A DNA stretch of 64,000 nt from Chiloscyllium plagiosum. Its lineage: Eukaryota. Each line of letters opens with the position of its first letter. Within the stretch, counting starts at the first letter, position 1. The notes beneath the pieces were generated by a model. It was not told the origin of the DNA. It made no database searches and was given only the letters and a program-made list of their open reading frames with translations. Location of the stretch: the NCBI RefSeq assembly GCF_004010195.1, contig NC_057718.1, forward strand, positions 95,514,235 through 95,578,234, read 5' to 3'. Positions 12,390-25,398 of this stretch are shown piece after piece. Position numbers and translations under genes: made by a program.

Positions 12390-13339
12390 GTGAGATTTGC
12401 CTGAAACATTATGTAAATAAGGAATATGTGTATTTATAGACCTTTCATTGCAGTAAAATGTCCCTTAACTTCAACTAAAAGGAACTGTTTGCATAGCATG
12501 TAGGAGTTGGGGAAGATTGGAGTGGTTGTGGTTCTAGGCACCGAGTAACCTATGAGGAGAGTATTTGGAGGTGCAGAAATGCCCAGGATTGGGAATATGG
12601 TGTAGGCTGTGCCAACAGTGCCAGGTTAGGGATTTGCTTGCCCATACTCAGGAGCAAAGGAGGCAAAACACAGCAAAGGCTGCAAGATCCACGTTGAAGT
12701 GTGGTGATAATGTGGATAGATCTATAAACAAATAGAAGCATCTTGATATAATTAGAGAGTAGCAAAACAATTTGGTGAATAGAACTTACTACTGGATAGG
12801 ATTCAAGCAATTAATCCATTCTGATACCACAATTACTCTTGAAAATTGGCCTGCTCCATAAATTACAATTAGTCATCCACTTAATCAGACAATTTTGTTT
12901 TTAGGATTTCTGCTTTGATATTTAGTCCATGAGGAACTCTTTCAGGATGAGGTACTGATTTATATCTAGGTAGATATTATCTATCTTGCATGTGGTGCCG
13001 TGTTTATTAGTTAAACATTCCACCTCTTCTACTCTTGCCTATGAGTATTTTCATGCCTTTTTTCTAAATACCAAATGTCCATTTGGAATTGTTGATCTTG
13101 AATAGGCTATTTATCTTTCTGGTGATTCGTCTAAGCAACATTGGTCACTGCCACAGGAGACTTCCAAGCTTATAACCAAAGTAAATGTAGTTAAATCCTA
13201 CTATAGGCTGGTGTCAGATCATCTTGATGTCGAGTCTCCACTGCCAATTTCTGAATTACTCAATGCAGATCCTTCTGCATATGCTCTGTATTAATACAGA
13301 ATGATGTAAATAATAGGTGCAAAAATGGTGATTTTAGTG

Positions 13340-14680
13340 GACGGATGTGACATTATTGACGAAGCCAAGATTGGTTGTCCAGGTGATTTACATGACTTTG
13401 CTAAAGTCTTTGACAAGGTATCTAAGGTGAGTTAGTAAACTGGATCCAGAATTGGCGTGCAAACAGGAGTACCACAGGGAATGGAGCTGGGATTCTTGTT
13501 GTTTTTTGTGTACATTAATGACTTGGATGTAAATGTAGAAGGTATAACGAGTAAGTTTGCAGACTTCATGAGAATTAATGGTGGTGGTGGTGTTGATAAT
13601 GAAGAGGATGATTTCAGACTGCAGTCTGATATCGATCAGCTGGTAAATTGAGCAGAACAATGGTAGATGGAATTTAGCCCAGATAAGTGCAAGGTAAAGT
13701 CCTGGGAGGTTCAAGAAAGGAAGAAAATACGCAATTAACAGTACGTTCCTATGACGTACTGAGGAACAAAGGCCTTTGGTGTACAAATTTGTATGTATAA
13801 AATTATTAAAGGATTGGACACTCCGGAGGCAGGAAGCATGTTTCCGCCGATGGATGAGTCCTGAACCAGAGGACACAGTTTAAAAATAAGGGTTAAGCCA
13901 TTTAGAACAGAGTTGAGGAAAACTTCTTCATCCAGAGAGTGGTGGGTGTATGGAATGCTCTGCCCCAGAAGGCAGTGGAGACCAAGTCTCTGGATATGTT
14001 GCAGAAAGAGATGGATAGAGCTCTTAGAGATTGTGGAATCAAGGGTTATGGGGATAAGGCAGGAACAGGATACTGATTGTGGGTGATCAGCCATGATCAT
14101 AATGAATGGTGGTGCTGGCTTGAAGGGCTGAATGGCCTACTCCTGCACCTATTGTCTATAAATCCATAGATCCCTGAAATGTGTCAGCACAGATGGTCAG
14201 GGTGGTGAAGAAGGCAAATGGATGCTCACCTTCATTAGTGGGGGTGTAGAATTTAGGAGCAAGGGAGTCTTGTTGCAATTTTGTTTAGACCAAAGATGGA
14301 ATGTGTGTTCTGTTCTAGTTGCCACGCTATCAGAAGAAAGTGATTGCACTGGAGAACATGCAGAGGGCATTCATCAAGATGTTGCATGGGATGAAAAGTC
14401 TGAGGAGAGACTGGATAGGCGCAAGTGGTTTAGAGGAGATCTGAGAAAACTTTCTCAACCAGAGGTTGGTAGAAATATGGAACGTGCTGTCTGAGAGGGT
14501 GGAAGAGGCAGCTACTTTTGCAACATTTTTAAAAAGCATCTGGATGAGCACTTAAAATGCCAGGGCACAGTAGGTTATGGACTAAGTGCAGATCAATGAG
14601 GTTAGTGTAATTTGGTGTTGGTCAGCATAGACCTGGTTGGCTGAAGAGCCTGTTTCTGTACTGTATGACTTTGACTGTGT
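13340..14680 (+). mobile_element. Old CR1-like LINE RT fragment with a younger CR1 3' end nested at about 13793-14160
   Basis: GVPQG.ELG.LLF..YINDLD...SKFAD motif; inner piece ends with ggctgaatggcctactcctgcacctattgtctat tail. Confidence 0.75.
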
Positions 14681-15099
14681 AAGGTGAGGCAGAACCTTTG
14701 CTGTCCTGAACCTTCGCCGTTTATGTGGTGTCAGGATGTCCACATTTCTGAGAGGGAGGGAATCCCAGGATTTTCTATCCACTGACTGTGTTGGAGCAGT
14801 AAGATACTTCAAAGTCAGAATGATGAGTGGCTTGGAAGGGGACTTGCAGGTGGTGGTGTTCTCATGCGCCTGCTGCCCTTGTTATAGAGTTATAAAATTA
14901 TAGAGATGTACAACATGGAAACAGATCCTTTGGTCCTACTCATCCATGCTAATCAAATATCCTGAATTAATTTAGTCCCATATGCCAGCCTTTGGCCCAT
15001 ATCTCTCCAAACTCTTAATCAATGTTCTGGAAATCTGAATCACAAATATCTATACTGGTGAAACTGGTTCATTATTTTAATTTGGACTGATGACAGTTT

Positions 15100-15392
15100 G
15101 GGCGGCACAGTGGCTCAGTGGTTAGCATCATTGCCTCAAAGCGCCAGGGACCCTGGTTCGATTCCAGCCTTGGACGACTGTCTGTGTGGGTTTCCTCCGG
15201 GTGCTCTGGTTTCCTCCCACAGTCTAAAGACGTGCAGATCAGGTGAATTGGCCATGTTAAATTGGCCATAGTGTTAGCTGCATTAGTCAGAGGGAAACGG
15301 GTCTGGGTGGGTTACTTTTCGGAGGGTCGGTGTGGATTTGTTGGGCTGAAGGGCCTGTTTCCACACTGTAGGGAATCTAATCTAATCTAATC
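15100..15392 (+). mobile_element. V-SINE/HE1-like SINE within a minus-strand CR1 3' end (about 14885-15560)
   Basis: SINE head and tail; CR1 tail continues on both sides of the insert. Confidence 0.85.
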
Positions 15393-16834
15393 ATAATCAT
15401 AGAACATAGAACATAGAACATAGAACATAGAAGAATACAGCGCTTCATGTTCCCTTCAAGCTGCCTTTTAAATATTGTAATTGTACCAGCCTCCACCACT
15501 TCCTCTGGCAGCTCATTCCATACACATACCACCCTCTGCATGAAAAAGTTACCCTGTAGGTTTTTATTAAATGAGCTTGAGAAGGAAAAGGACATAGGGA
15601 AATCGGTTGTTGAAAGTATGAATATAAGCTAATAAGACTCTAAAACATGTGCATGAAGCACTGGAATTAATTTCTATAGAATGAAAAACCAGGCAGTGAT
15701 GTTTTATTCTGTTATGTCCATGTAAGAGGGTAAATGAGACTGCAGGTTAGCTTTCTACCTGAAAAGATGGTAATTCTGGACTTGGACCTCTGCCTCAGAA
15801 CCGTAATGCTTGGGGAACAGGTAGTGCTGGTTAATCCAAAAATGCCTTTTAACAAGGAGTTGCATTGCTCTGGAAGTAAGTCCAAGTGCTGCTCTGTTTT
15901 TGCAGGTAGAGGGAGACCAATAGGGCAGTCTGTCTCCAGCACAGCATACCATCACAGTAACATTCCTGCAGTTAAAGCCCAGCCTGTCACTAAAACTGAC
16001 CTGCGCAACCTTCAGATCAGCTTCAAAAATACAATCAAGCTGTCAGTGTGCTTACATTATTAAATGTTTTTTTTTTAAATAATGCATTTTCTGAAAGCTG
16101 AAAGTGACCTTTTAAAGGAAAAGAATCCAGTTGCCAGAAAGTTTGGAGTACAGTTTTCTCTTTCACTCAAGTGCTGACCTTGTCTTTATTCAATACAAAC
16201 ATTATTTAACCATCACTTCAAGGGTGACTTCTGCATGTGTCCATACATGTGCAAGTTTACAGATGCTTTGCTATAGAATTATTACTCTGTAAGTAGTGTG
16301 GTTCATTCCTTTTTATGCCATATTCCCTTGTTTTCACTGACCTGTACTAGCTCCTGGTGCAATAATGTTTCAGCTTTAAAATTCATATCCTCCTAATCAA
16401 ATCCCTCCACAGCTCTCTTCTCTCAAGCATTGTGACCACCTACAGCTTTCCGGGGATCTGTATTCCTTCTAATATAACTTCTCTTGTGTCCATCACATTA
16501 TTTCACACTTTTACTTCCCTTCAGTATCCCTCCCTAATCCCCTGCCATTCTTCAATTGTTTATTTCTCTCTTTCCTGCTTTAGGATACACCTTAAGATCC
16601 ATGTGTTTGACCAAGCTTAATGTTCTAGTGTCTCCTCTATCGACTTGTTATCACTTTTTATGTGCCTTGGGGCATTTTCAAACCATTGAAGGTGGTATAG
16701 AAATGTAGCATGTCGTTGACTCTTCCTAAACAATTGAAGAGATCTTGCATGAGTTCTAGGTTAATAATTTTGACTCTGCTGCAACGTTTAGTGACTATTG
16801 ATAATCTGACTATCGTATTACCTTGTTATTTCAG

Positions 16835-16925
16835 GTACATTACTGCATTGACAACAATGGCATCTGCGTACAGCTATTACCTCCACGGCAAAAGCACAGT
16901 GCAAGTTTTAAACCGGATGAAGTGA
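16835..16925 (+). CDS. CRLS1: CRLS1 last coding exon (to TGA)
   Basis: tatttcAG acceptor, phase consistent with previous exon; (W)YITALTTMASAYSYYLHGKSTVQVLNRMK*, matching the CRLS1 C-terminus TTAASAYSYYHYGRKTVQV. Confidence 0.95.
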
Positions 16926-17072
16926 GATAAATCTGTTCATAATTGTCCAGTGTTTTTTGAAACCGTGCAATGAGCTAAGGAAGGACTGGACCTTGATTTC
17001 TCTGCTGAAAAGGACATTGATTAAAATAATGTAGATACATGGACTTTTTTCTGACAACATTGTCAATTTAAT

Positions 17073-17078
17073 AATAAA
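17073..17078 (+). promoter_or_regulatory. Candidate proximal polyadenylation signal of CRLS1
   Basis: AATAAA about 150 nt after the stop, followed by T-rich sequence; a more distal AATAAA occurs at 20736-20741. Confidence 0.45.
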
Positions 17079-19699
17079 AGTGAAAAATTATAGATTTCTT
17101 ACATTTAGTTTTAATATTTTATTTGCACTTTAGATAATTGAGTTTCAGCCACATACTGCGCGATAATCAATTGAATGGCACCCAAATGATATAGTCTAGC
17201 ACTTAAATGCTGAGATCCATTTGTTTCCTTTTAATTATATTATGCAGTATACTTGTAAATAATGTAACAGTTACGGGTTGGGACAGCTAATGTAATGAGT
17301 AGATGCTTATGGCATATTTGTCAAAGGTCAGGAATTCTTTTATGAATGGGAGCTTTCCAGTCCGCTTTGCACAAAGGGATTTTTGTACTGTTCGTGTGGT
17401 CTTTACCTTTAAGGCTGCAGGCCAGGGTTTTCTGGTTATGTATTCACGAGACTGGCTTTCCCCATTTGTTTTAATAGTCTAGAAAATCCTTGCCTAGCAT
17501 GCTGGAAGTCCAGAAAGAGCCTAAATACTGCACATTAAGTCATAAGCTCCACTGTCGTTGAAAGAGGTTGGAGTGTTTGAGTGGACTTGCACTTGAATTT
17601 CTCAGTATACTGTAGATTTTTTTTCCTATCTGTTGCTTGCTTCCTTTTATATAAATGCCATATTTAGTTTGTTGTAGTTACTTTGTTTCATTTTGTCCTT
17701 AGTACTGTTCCCTCTATTCTGGGTGCACTTTATGTCTTAGTTATTTGGATAGTTTTGTATCTGTGGTGCTTTTTGTACTGTTGCTTCCAACTTGCTCTGA
17801 GAACTATGGCAAGTTTTCAGACTTGTTGGTGCATTGATTTGGTAAATGTCCTCGTTTTTGTGATTTGCAAAGAAACATTCCTAAAAGCAGAAGCCTGTAA
17901 GTTTTTTTTTAATGCAGTAAGTTGTTTTGCACAACTTGAAAAAGGGATTTAATAGCTTCCCAAAGGTCCTTTAAAAAATACTGGAGAAGAAAAAATACCA
18001 GTTCTTTGGGGTAAGTGACAGGTCAGCAGTTGGACAGTGCTTTCAAACTGGCAAACTGGGCAGGATGACCCCTTCTCGCTCATTCTCTACGTTAGATGGC
18101 TGCAGTGCTAAATAGACAGGAGTGAGTAGAGAACAAAGGGGTTGAGTGGCAACTCATGTTCAGGGACAAAGAAGATGGAAGTTTTGTGAGTGATCCAGAG
18201 GGCCAGTGGAAATATGGTTGGAGGTTAGGCGAACAGGATGGCTACAATCAAGAACAACTCATCAGCTTTACAGAGTACAGCCAGAGGAGATGAGATCAAA
18301 TTGTGGAGTTAAGCTGTAAATTTTTCAGTCCCATGTTAAAGGAACTTGAGGCTAGTTTGTTACAAACTCTACTTGTTTTTTAAAAAAAAATATTTATAAT
18401 AAGCATAGAATGCTGGATAAACTCAGCAGCTCTGGTAGCATCTGTGAATTAACGTTTCGTGTCCGATATGACTTCTTAAGAACCTCCTATAGAACTGAGT
18501 GACTTTCTTTGCAGCAAAGGGACCTTTTTGAATGAAATACAAGGGGTTCAGGTTTGATAAATATGTGGTCCTAACACCGAACTCATCCCCCCTGTCCTGA
18601 TGAAAGGTTCTGACCTGAAATGTTGACACCCCTTCTCCTCTGATGCTGCTTGACCTGCTGTGCTTTTTCCAGCTTCACTTTTTATTCCCCATAAATGTAA
18701 AGCTGTACTTTGTAAGTGAAAGAAAGCAGGTATGTAATAGCTGGTCGGCATAGTTTCCAGTAGCTACTGTATTCTTTTAGTGTATCAACTGGGACAGTAG
18801 CTGCATCCCTATATGTCTGTGTTTCTTTTGTGTCTCTCCTTAGAGGAGTAATGATTATTGTCAAAAACTGGCATGATCTTCCTGCTATCTGAGGAGAAGC
18901 TAATTTGCTACAGAAGGCACTCCAGTGTTTTGTTCACCACTCGCTCATAACTAATCCACTTTGAGAATTTGACATGCCAGAATTTTTAGTTGATGCAATT
19001 ATAATTTTGAAAACCTGGTTTCTTCTCTTTCGATCTTTTGGAGAATGTATAAGATCAAAATGGTGATAACGTTATTCACTGCAAATTAAATGGAGCATCT
19101 AGGCTGTCTATACTATTGATAGTGAAAGAAAGCTTTCGATGCAATAACGAAGTTTGGTTATAATATCTGCTAAGCATTTGTGACAAATGTAAGTATCCTG
19201 TGGTTTCAATCTTTGTTCACAAAGGTCATTTGTCATTTGAACATATGATATTTTCTTGTCATCACTTTCACTTAATTTTTTAGATGGCACGCGACTCCCT
19301 GTTAATAGACATTACTTATGTGTCATTGCAATTTGAAATATGAGAGTCAATGATATATAAATTGTTTAAGCCTTAGAAATGAACAAAATCAGAAAATGCC
19401 AGAAATGGGACAGGCAGCATCTGTGGAGAGAAATAAGAAGTGACAGTTCCGCTCACTGATGACCCTTCGACAGGACTGTATTGGCCAGTTGTGGCTGTTT
19501 TCTGATGTCTCAGCAACCCCTTGCTGCAAAATTGATGTTAAGTAGTATTTATATGTTACAAAGGTGGATTCGAAAGTTGTGTGAGATCAAGTGATCTTGA
19601 TTAAATTAGCGAGCTTTGAAGTGTTACTAGCTGGGAACACTGAAACCCACGTGCCGGTCTTTGTTGTTCAAGCTCTTAGTTTTTAAAAGAAATTTTTTA

Positions 19700-20030
19700 T
19701 TTGGGTGTCACTGGCCAGGCCAGCATTTGTACCCCAACCCTAATTACCCGGAGGGCAGTTAAGAGTGAACCCACATTGCTATGGGTCTGGAGTCACAATG
19801 TAGGCCAGGTAAGGATGTTAGTTTCCTTCCCTAAATGACATTAGTGAACTAGATTGGTTTTTCCAACAATTTCAGCATTGGATTCACGGTTATCATTCAA
19901 CACTTAATTCTAGATATACACTAAATTCAAATTCTCCCATCTTCCCTGGCAGGATTTGAACCTGGGTCCCCGGAAAATTAGCTGAATCTCTGGATTAACA
20001 GTTCAGCAATAATATCATTAGACCATCACC
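19700..20030 (-). mobile_element. Second tRNA-derived SINE family (further copies at about 36765-37065, 47050-47375, 49020-49320, 61020-61500)
   Basis: Shared core gggtctggagtcaca..ggtaagga..ttccttcccta..cattagtgaac in all copies; B-box-like ggttcaaatcc on minus. Confidence 0.7.
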
Positions 20031-21112
20031 CCTCTAGTTAAACCAGAGCTCTAATTTTTGAAGGAAATTATAAAATGGGTCAGTAGTTGGGGTGGAAAAT
20101 TGGACCTGTTACTTTCTAACTTTTCACAAGTTGAATAACAACTTGCCAGACGACAAGCAATACCAGTGTACTGCTCCCTTTACCTCTGGTTGTTTCTTTG
20201 TTTGGCTTCCTGCCAGAGTGATCATTTGTGGTCTCTTGTCATTCTGAAAGGAAAATTTGGACTACGCTCCTTTTTCTTTTAGTGCTGGTCAACAGTTGTT
20301 AAAAAGTCATTATTTATTTTATCCTGTACTTTTTTTTTAAAAAAAAACTTTCCACCAAGTCTGTTTTGACTCCTCTTTGTCCAGTACATTGTGGGTAAGG
20401 TAACTTGAACTGTGAACAGCTTGTGTTTTGCATTAGTGCTCAAGAGAACCACATAGAGAATTTCTTCATAAAATATAATTTGTGAGTCAAAGTTGTGAAA
20501 CGTTACGTATATACGATAGTGGCAGAGCACAAGCTGCTTGCAAAAGGCATGGAGATTTTCCACCATCTCTCCAGCAGCTCCTTGCTAACCCCCAAACCCC
20601 AATGAGAGGGCAAGGTGGAGGAATTACTGTTTCAAGAGAGCCTTATCCAGTCTGTGCATCCTGACATCATTTTACATTGTTTTTGAATTTGCAATTTTTA
20701 AAAATTTGAGACTATGCTGAATATTCTTTTTCTGAAATAAAACTCAGCGAAGTTGGAATGATCCTAGTACAGGAAGGATGAGACCCGACTGGCTTCTTTC
20801 CAATTTCACTCAACCACCACAAGCCTTTCCTCACTGCATAGTTGATTCCTTTCCAGTTTCCGCCTGCAGTACCCTTTCCAACTTTTGAGTAGGTTAGCTG
20901 AGTGGGTGTATTCTTAATGTTTCCTCTTTGTGTCTGAGGACCTTTCTTGAGGAAACCTGATTTCTTCCAACCTTTGTGTCTTGTGAGACGCGAGGAAAGC
21001 AGAAAAGGAGTGCATCATAAAATAAGTCAAAAATGGAGAGAAAGCAGGGCAGACAAAAAGAGCAAGCTGGTAACGTGATCAGAACGACCAAATGTTTGCA
21101 GCAAACTGCCTG

Positions 21113-21560
21113 GAAAGCCATACAACCCTGTCACAGCAGACGCTGCAAGATGTGTCAGAGTGTCCACAAGGATACTAATACTACACGTGGGGACACCTCC
21201 CACCATGTACGTGGCAGGTATTCACCTGACTTGGCCAATGTTGTCTATCTCATACTGTATAGGCAAGGATGCCCAGAGGCATTGTACATTGGTGAGACAG
21301 AGTAGAGGCTATAGCAATGGATGAACGGACACCGCACAACAATCAACAGACAGGAGTGTTCCCTCCCAGTTGGAGAACACTTCAGTGGTCCGGGACATTT
21401 GACCTCCGGGACCTTTGGGTGACCATCCACCAAGCCGGACTTCGGGACAGGCAACAACACAAAGTGGTCAAGCGGAGGCTGATAGCCAAGTTCGGTACCT
21501 ATGGGAATGGCCTCAACCGGGACCTTGGGTTCATGTCACACTACAGCTGACCCCACTGCT
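21113..21560 (+). mobile_element. Penelope-like element GIY-YIG fragment followed by (CA)n
   Basis: PCHSRRCKMC..NVVYLI....CPEALYIGET..HRTTI..PVGEHFSGPGH..LIAKFGT..NGLNRD. Confidence 0.85.
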
Positions 21561-21561
21561 C

Positions 21562-21597
<36 letters not shown>

Positions 21598-24206
21598 ATA
21601 AGGGAAGGGACATGAAGAATTGATTTAGATTTTGCTGTGTCCTTCGTGAATTTTTTTTCTTTGTTGTATAAAAAGCTTTTTTTTAAAGATTGTCGCTCAC
21701 TTTTATAGTTGAGGATAACCTGTTGGATTTAATTGTGTTCGTGTCTCAGTGAGGGGTCTAATAATGTAAATTTTAAATTATGGATGAGAAATCATGATTT
21801 GGCTGTCTCCTAATTCCTGATGCACCTCAAACTCAGTAAAATATAACTTGTACAATTGGGCCCTTTATATAATAGGAAAATCAACAACAGTTGCAACAAA
21901 TATAGATAATGCCAGTGTTAGCTGTGGGTCAGTACCATACTTGGCTGCAAAACTGAGAGAGGGTTACCCCTTGCCTTTTTTAAAATTATATATTGCTTGA
22001 CAGTCTTTCAGACATGGAGGATTGTGGGCGTAGAGGAGATTAAGGAGACAGGGAGTGGTGGGGCTGTGGATGGGTGGGAGCTTTAAAGTCCAGGTATTGC
22101 CTCACTCGAACACAGGAGCGAACATGGTTCACAGGTGACAGGGACATGGTGCAAATTAACATACGAACAGGAGCAGGCCATTCAGCCCCTCGAGCCTGGC
22201 TGCCATGTAATGAGATTGTGGCTGATCTGTGGTCAAACCCCCCACACATGCTGTTGGTCCATTTCCTTTAATACCTTTGTGTAAGAGCTGGATTGTGATG
22301 CTTTGAATGCTTCCAGGTTTATAGAGGGAGCAACGTAGGAGACCAGCCTGGAATACATTGAACTATTCAAGCCTAGGGATAACCAGTTCATTATTGAGGG
22401 TCTTGGCAGCCAATGAACAAAGGCAGGTGATGTCACAGAATTCGAAGTGGGCAGCCTCAGCTGTGGCAGGACTATAAAAGGTTCATGGCTCTTCTCAGGA
22501 TATAATATAAGCTTGAGGTTGCAAGCAGACTGGTTTACTCTTGGACTGTTGCCAGAGAGAGGGATGGAGCTGGAGCAGGAACCAAAAGCAATTGCTTCAA
22601 TCTCCTCAATATTACACGTAATTTATGCTGATGACGTTGTGGATAAGCTGACTGAGAATTTAGCAGTGAAGGAATCAAAATTTAGTGCTGAAGTAGACAA
22701 TTTCACCAACAGGCTGCAGGATGATGAGAAATAGGAAGCAAAGGACAGATCCTTGGAAGAAGTCATTATAGATGCTACTCTGCCTACTGTTAGTTAAGGA
22801 GGGAATCAGGAAGTCCAATCTTAGAGGATATGGTTCAGAACATAGCACCTCTTTGAAAGAAACATATAATTAATTCCATTAACCAGTCCTTTCCCCACAG
22901 ATCTGATAAATGTGCTGTATTTCCAATATTCTGTTTATGTCAGTTACTTGTAACAAAGTGGTTTTGGTGTCCAACTCTGGTTTCAATATAATGCCAAAGA
23001 ATGCTAGAGAGCAACATATGGAATGGAGGTTTAATAAGATTTATACATATTCCCACCAAAGTATGGTGACTTGATGGTATTAATTGGCCATAGTCTAAAA
23101 CATTGAAACAAATATTGGACTCTGAAATTTGAGGTGAGTTTTGGCCCATGATCTATTTTCTGTCTCCTGTCCAATTCCTAGTTATGTCTCAAAACAGACC
23201 AAATGCTCTCAGGTCTCTGCTAATCCTGATTGGGTTTTTAGTTCCATGAGATTGCTCAGACTACAATAAGATTGGAAGAAATAGAAATAGGAATAGGAGT
23301 AGGTCATTGGGCCCCTCAAGCCTGACACAGCATTCACACCCACTTTTCCTGTGTTTTTCCCATCACCCTCCATTCCCCTATTGAACAAGAATCTGTCTCA
23401 GATGACTTCTGCTTTTATATTCATCTTGGAAAAGGTTAAAGCTGTAATTAATACTTTTATATTTACACTTCTCTCCCTCTACTTGATCAGCTGCCACTGC
23501 ATCACAATACATTCTCTGACCCAAGACAGCCAAATTGATCTTTCAGTTCTGAAAATAGCACACACCATATGGCTCAATGTTTAAATACTTTTGTTTCTCC
23601 CTCGATAAATGTGGGCAGTTCTGGTGTGAATTCTGGATGAGTTTTTCCAAGATTTCAAACTTGCTGCGTTAAGAATTTTGGCATTCGGCCTGCTTCCTGC
23701 CAGAGCTTATGGGCCACCTAAAATACTTTCCAAGGCTTCTACTCCTCTCCAGGTCTTGGAAGGTCAGAGGAAACTGGCACGTGAGGAATCATCCTTTGGA
23801 GCAAACAGTATCAGCCTGTGTGAGAATGGGTGATTGGTAAATAAATGTTTCTGTCATTCACGCTTTTGGGACTCAGGCTGTATTGCCAGATTCCTGCCTT
23901 CAGAGATTGGCAGGAGTGTATCTGGTGGATAAAGGAACATTGATCTTGAGAATGGCTACAATGCTAACACCAATGAACAGACAGCCCTCTCATTTTGCTG
24001 CCAGACTAACAAAAACAAATACTTCCAAAAATACAGTTTGGACCAGCAGGGAATTACCAGGTGGAAATTTTATTCTCTTGTAGATCTGTCAACAATTGAA
24101 TGCGGTCTATAAGGTTGCAAATTCCAAAATGTATTTCTTAGTTAATATTTTCCAGTTATTAAAGATGATCAATGGGAATGAGTACACTGTGGTTTCTCTG
24201 TGGTCA

Positions 24207-24212
24207 TTTATT
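24207..24212 (-). promoter_or_regulatory. Candidate polyadenylation signal of FERMT1
   Basis: TTTATT on + (AATAAA on -) about 385 nt downstream of the FERMT1 stop, in AT-rich repeat-free sequence. Confidence 0.45.
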
Positions 24213-24597
24213 TTTCACCTTTTCAGTAGCTTTTCCCATGCAGATAAGTACATTCTAAGGTTAACATAGAAATGATTAAATCGTGACTGTTTCCTTGTTA
24301 AAGATAAATCAAATATTCAGAGCTCAATAAGTTCAATGAAATTACCCAGCCAGTGCTATATGTTAATATGCAGTATGCTTGAGTACTGTTACTGGTTGGG
24401 TGTCTTAAAACAAATTGGAACATGTGTATACATTAAAAAAAATACAATAATGCATGAATAGAATTTAATTTTCATTGTAGATAGTTAATGCTGCTTGCTG
24501 CAAATAGCTTGGTTTTATAGTTACTTTTGGGCTGTTAGCAATAACTATCTAAGATAATGATGCTCCACGGTTCAGATTCTCTGTTGTTGTTGTTACG

Positions 24598-24771
24598 TTA
24601 CTCTTGACCACCTGTAAGTCTATGGAATAGTTCTTCATCCAGGGTCTCATTTTGATCCTTGGAACGTGTGGACAGAAAAATATAGCCGCCAATGTATTCA
24701 TGAACAATCTTGCAGTCTGCATTTAGACAGGTGAGTGCTATTGCCACACTTTGATCAAATTCAATTTCAAC
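24598..24771 (-). CDS. FERMT1: FERMT1 (kindlin-1) last coding exon (exon 15 in human numbering), F3 subdomain C-terminus
   Basis: tattttcAG acceptor; 174 bp; [57 protein letters not shown]; the C-terminus and the position next to CRLS1 favour FERMT1 over FERMT2/3. Confidence 0.96.
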   Translation of the reverse strand, partial: VEIEFDQSVAIALTCLNADCKIVHEYIGGYIFLSTRSKDQNETLDEELFHRLTGGQE

Positions 24772-24939
24772 CTGAAAATAAAAATGACGGATTATTTGCA
24801 TACTTGAGATCACCCTGCAATGATGCATTTTAAGAATATAAGTAGGTTCTGTAGCTCTCCAGCAGATGGCACTGTCTCCTAGCGTTAAGAATTTTGCAAT
24901 AATTGCCATCACTGAGGAAATGTGGCTGCTCCTAGTTAT

Positions 24940-25398
24940 AGAATCATAGATTCCCTATGGTGTGAAAGTAGGCTAGTCCGCCCACACTGACCTCTTCCCT
25001 GCCTTATCCGTGTAACCCTGCATTTCCCCGGCCTATCCACCTAGATACTATGAGCAATTTAGCATATTCTGCAAAAAACATGAATGGAAACTGAGTTATG
25101 TAAAGATTGTATAACTAGGAATCTCATAGTCATTAAGTGAAAGGACACAAAAACCTACTCTTCGAAGAGTAACCCACCCGGACCCATTTCCCTCTGACTA
25201 ATGCACCTAACACAATGGGCAATTTAGCATGGCCAATTCACCTGCCTGCACACCTTTGGACTGTGGGAGGAAACCGAAACACCCAGAGGAAACCCACGCA
25301 GACAAAGTGCAAACTCTACACGGTCACCTGAGGTTGGAATCGAACCTGGGATGCTGGTGCTGTGAGGCAGCAGCGCTAACCACTGAGCCACCATGCTG
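24940..25398 (-). mobile_element. V-SINE/HE1-like SINE pieces in FERMT1 intron 14
   Basis: Reverse-complement SINE consensus blocks. Confidence 0.75.

Noticed and set aside
15375..15432. Tandem (aatct)n and (atagaac)n repeats
   Set aside because: These are ordinary SINE/CR1 3' microsatellite tails with no spacers, not CRISPR-like.
20520..20680. Hairpin-like non-repeat segment (ccttgc/gcaagg) considered as an H/ACA snoRNA or SECIS
   Set aside because: No properly placed H box or SECIS core, and pairing is too short to support a call.
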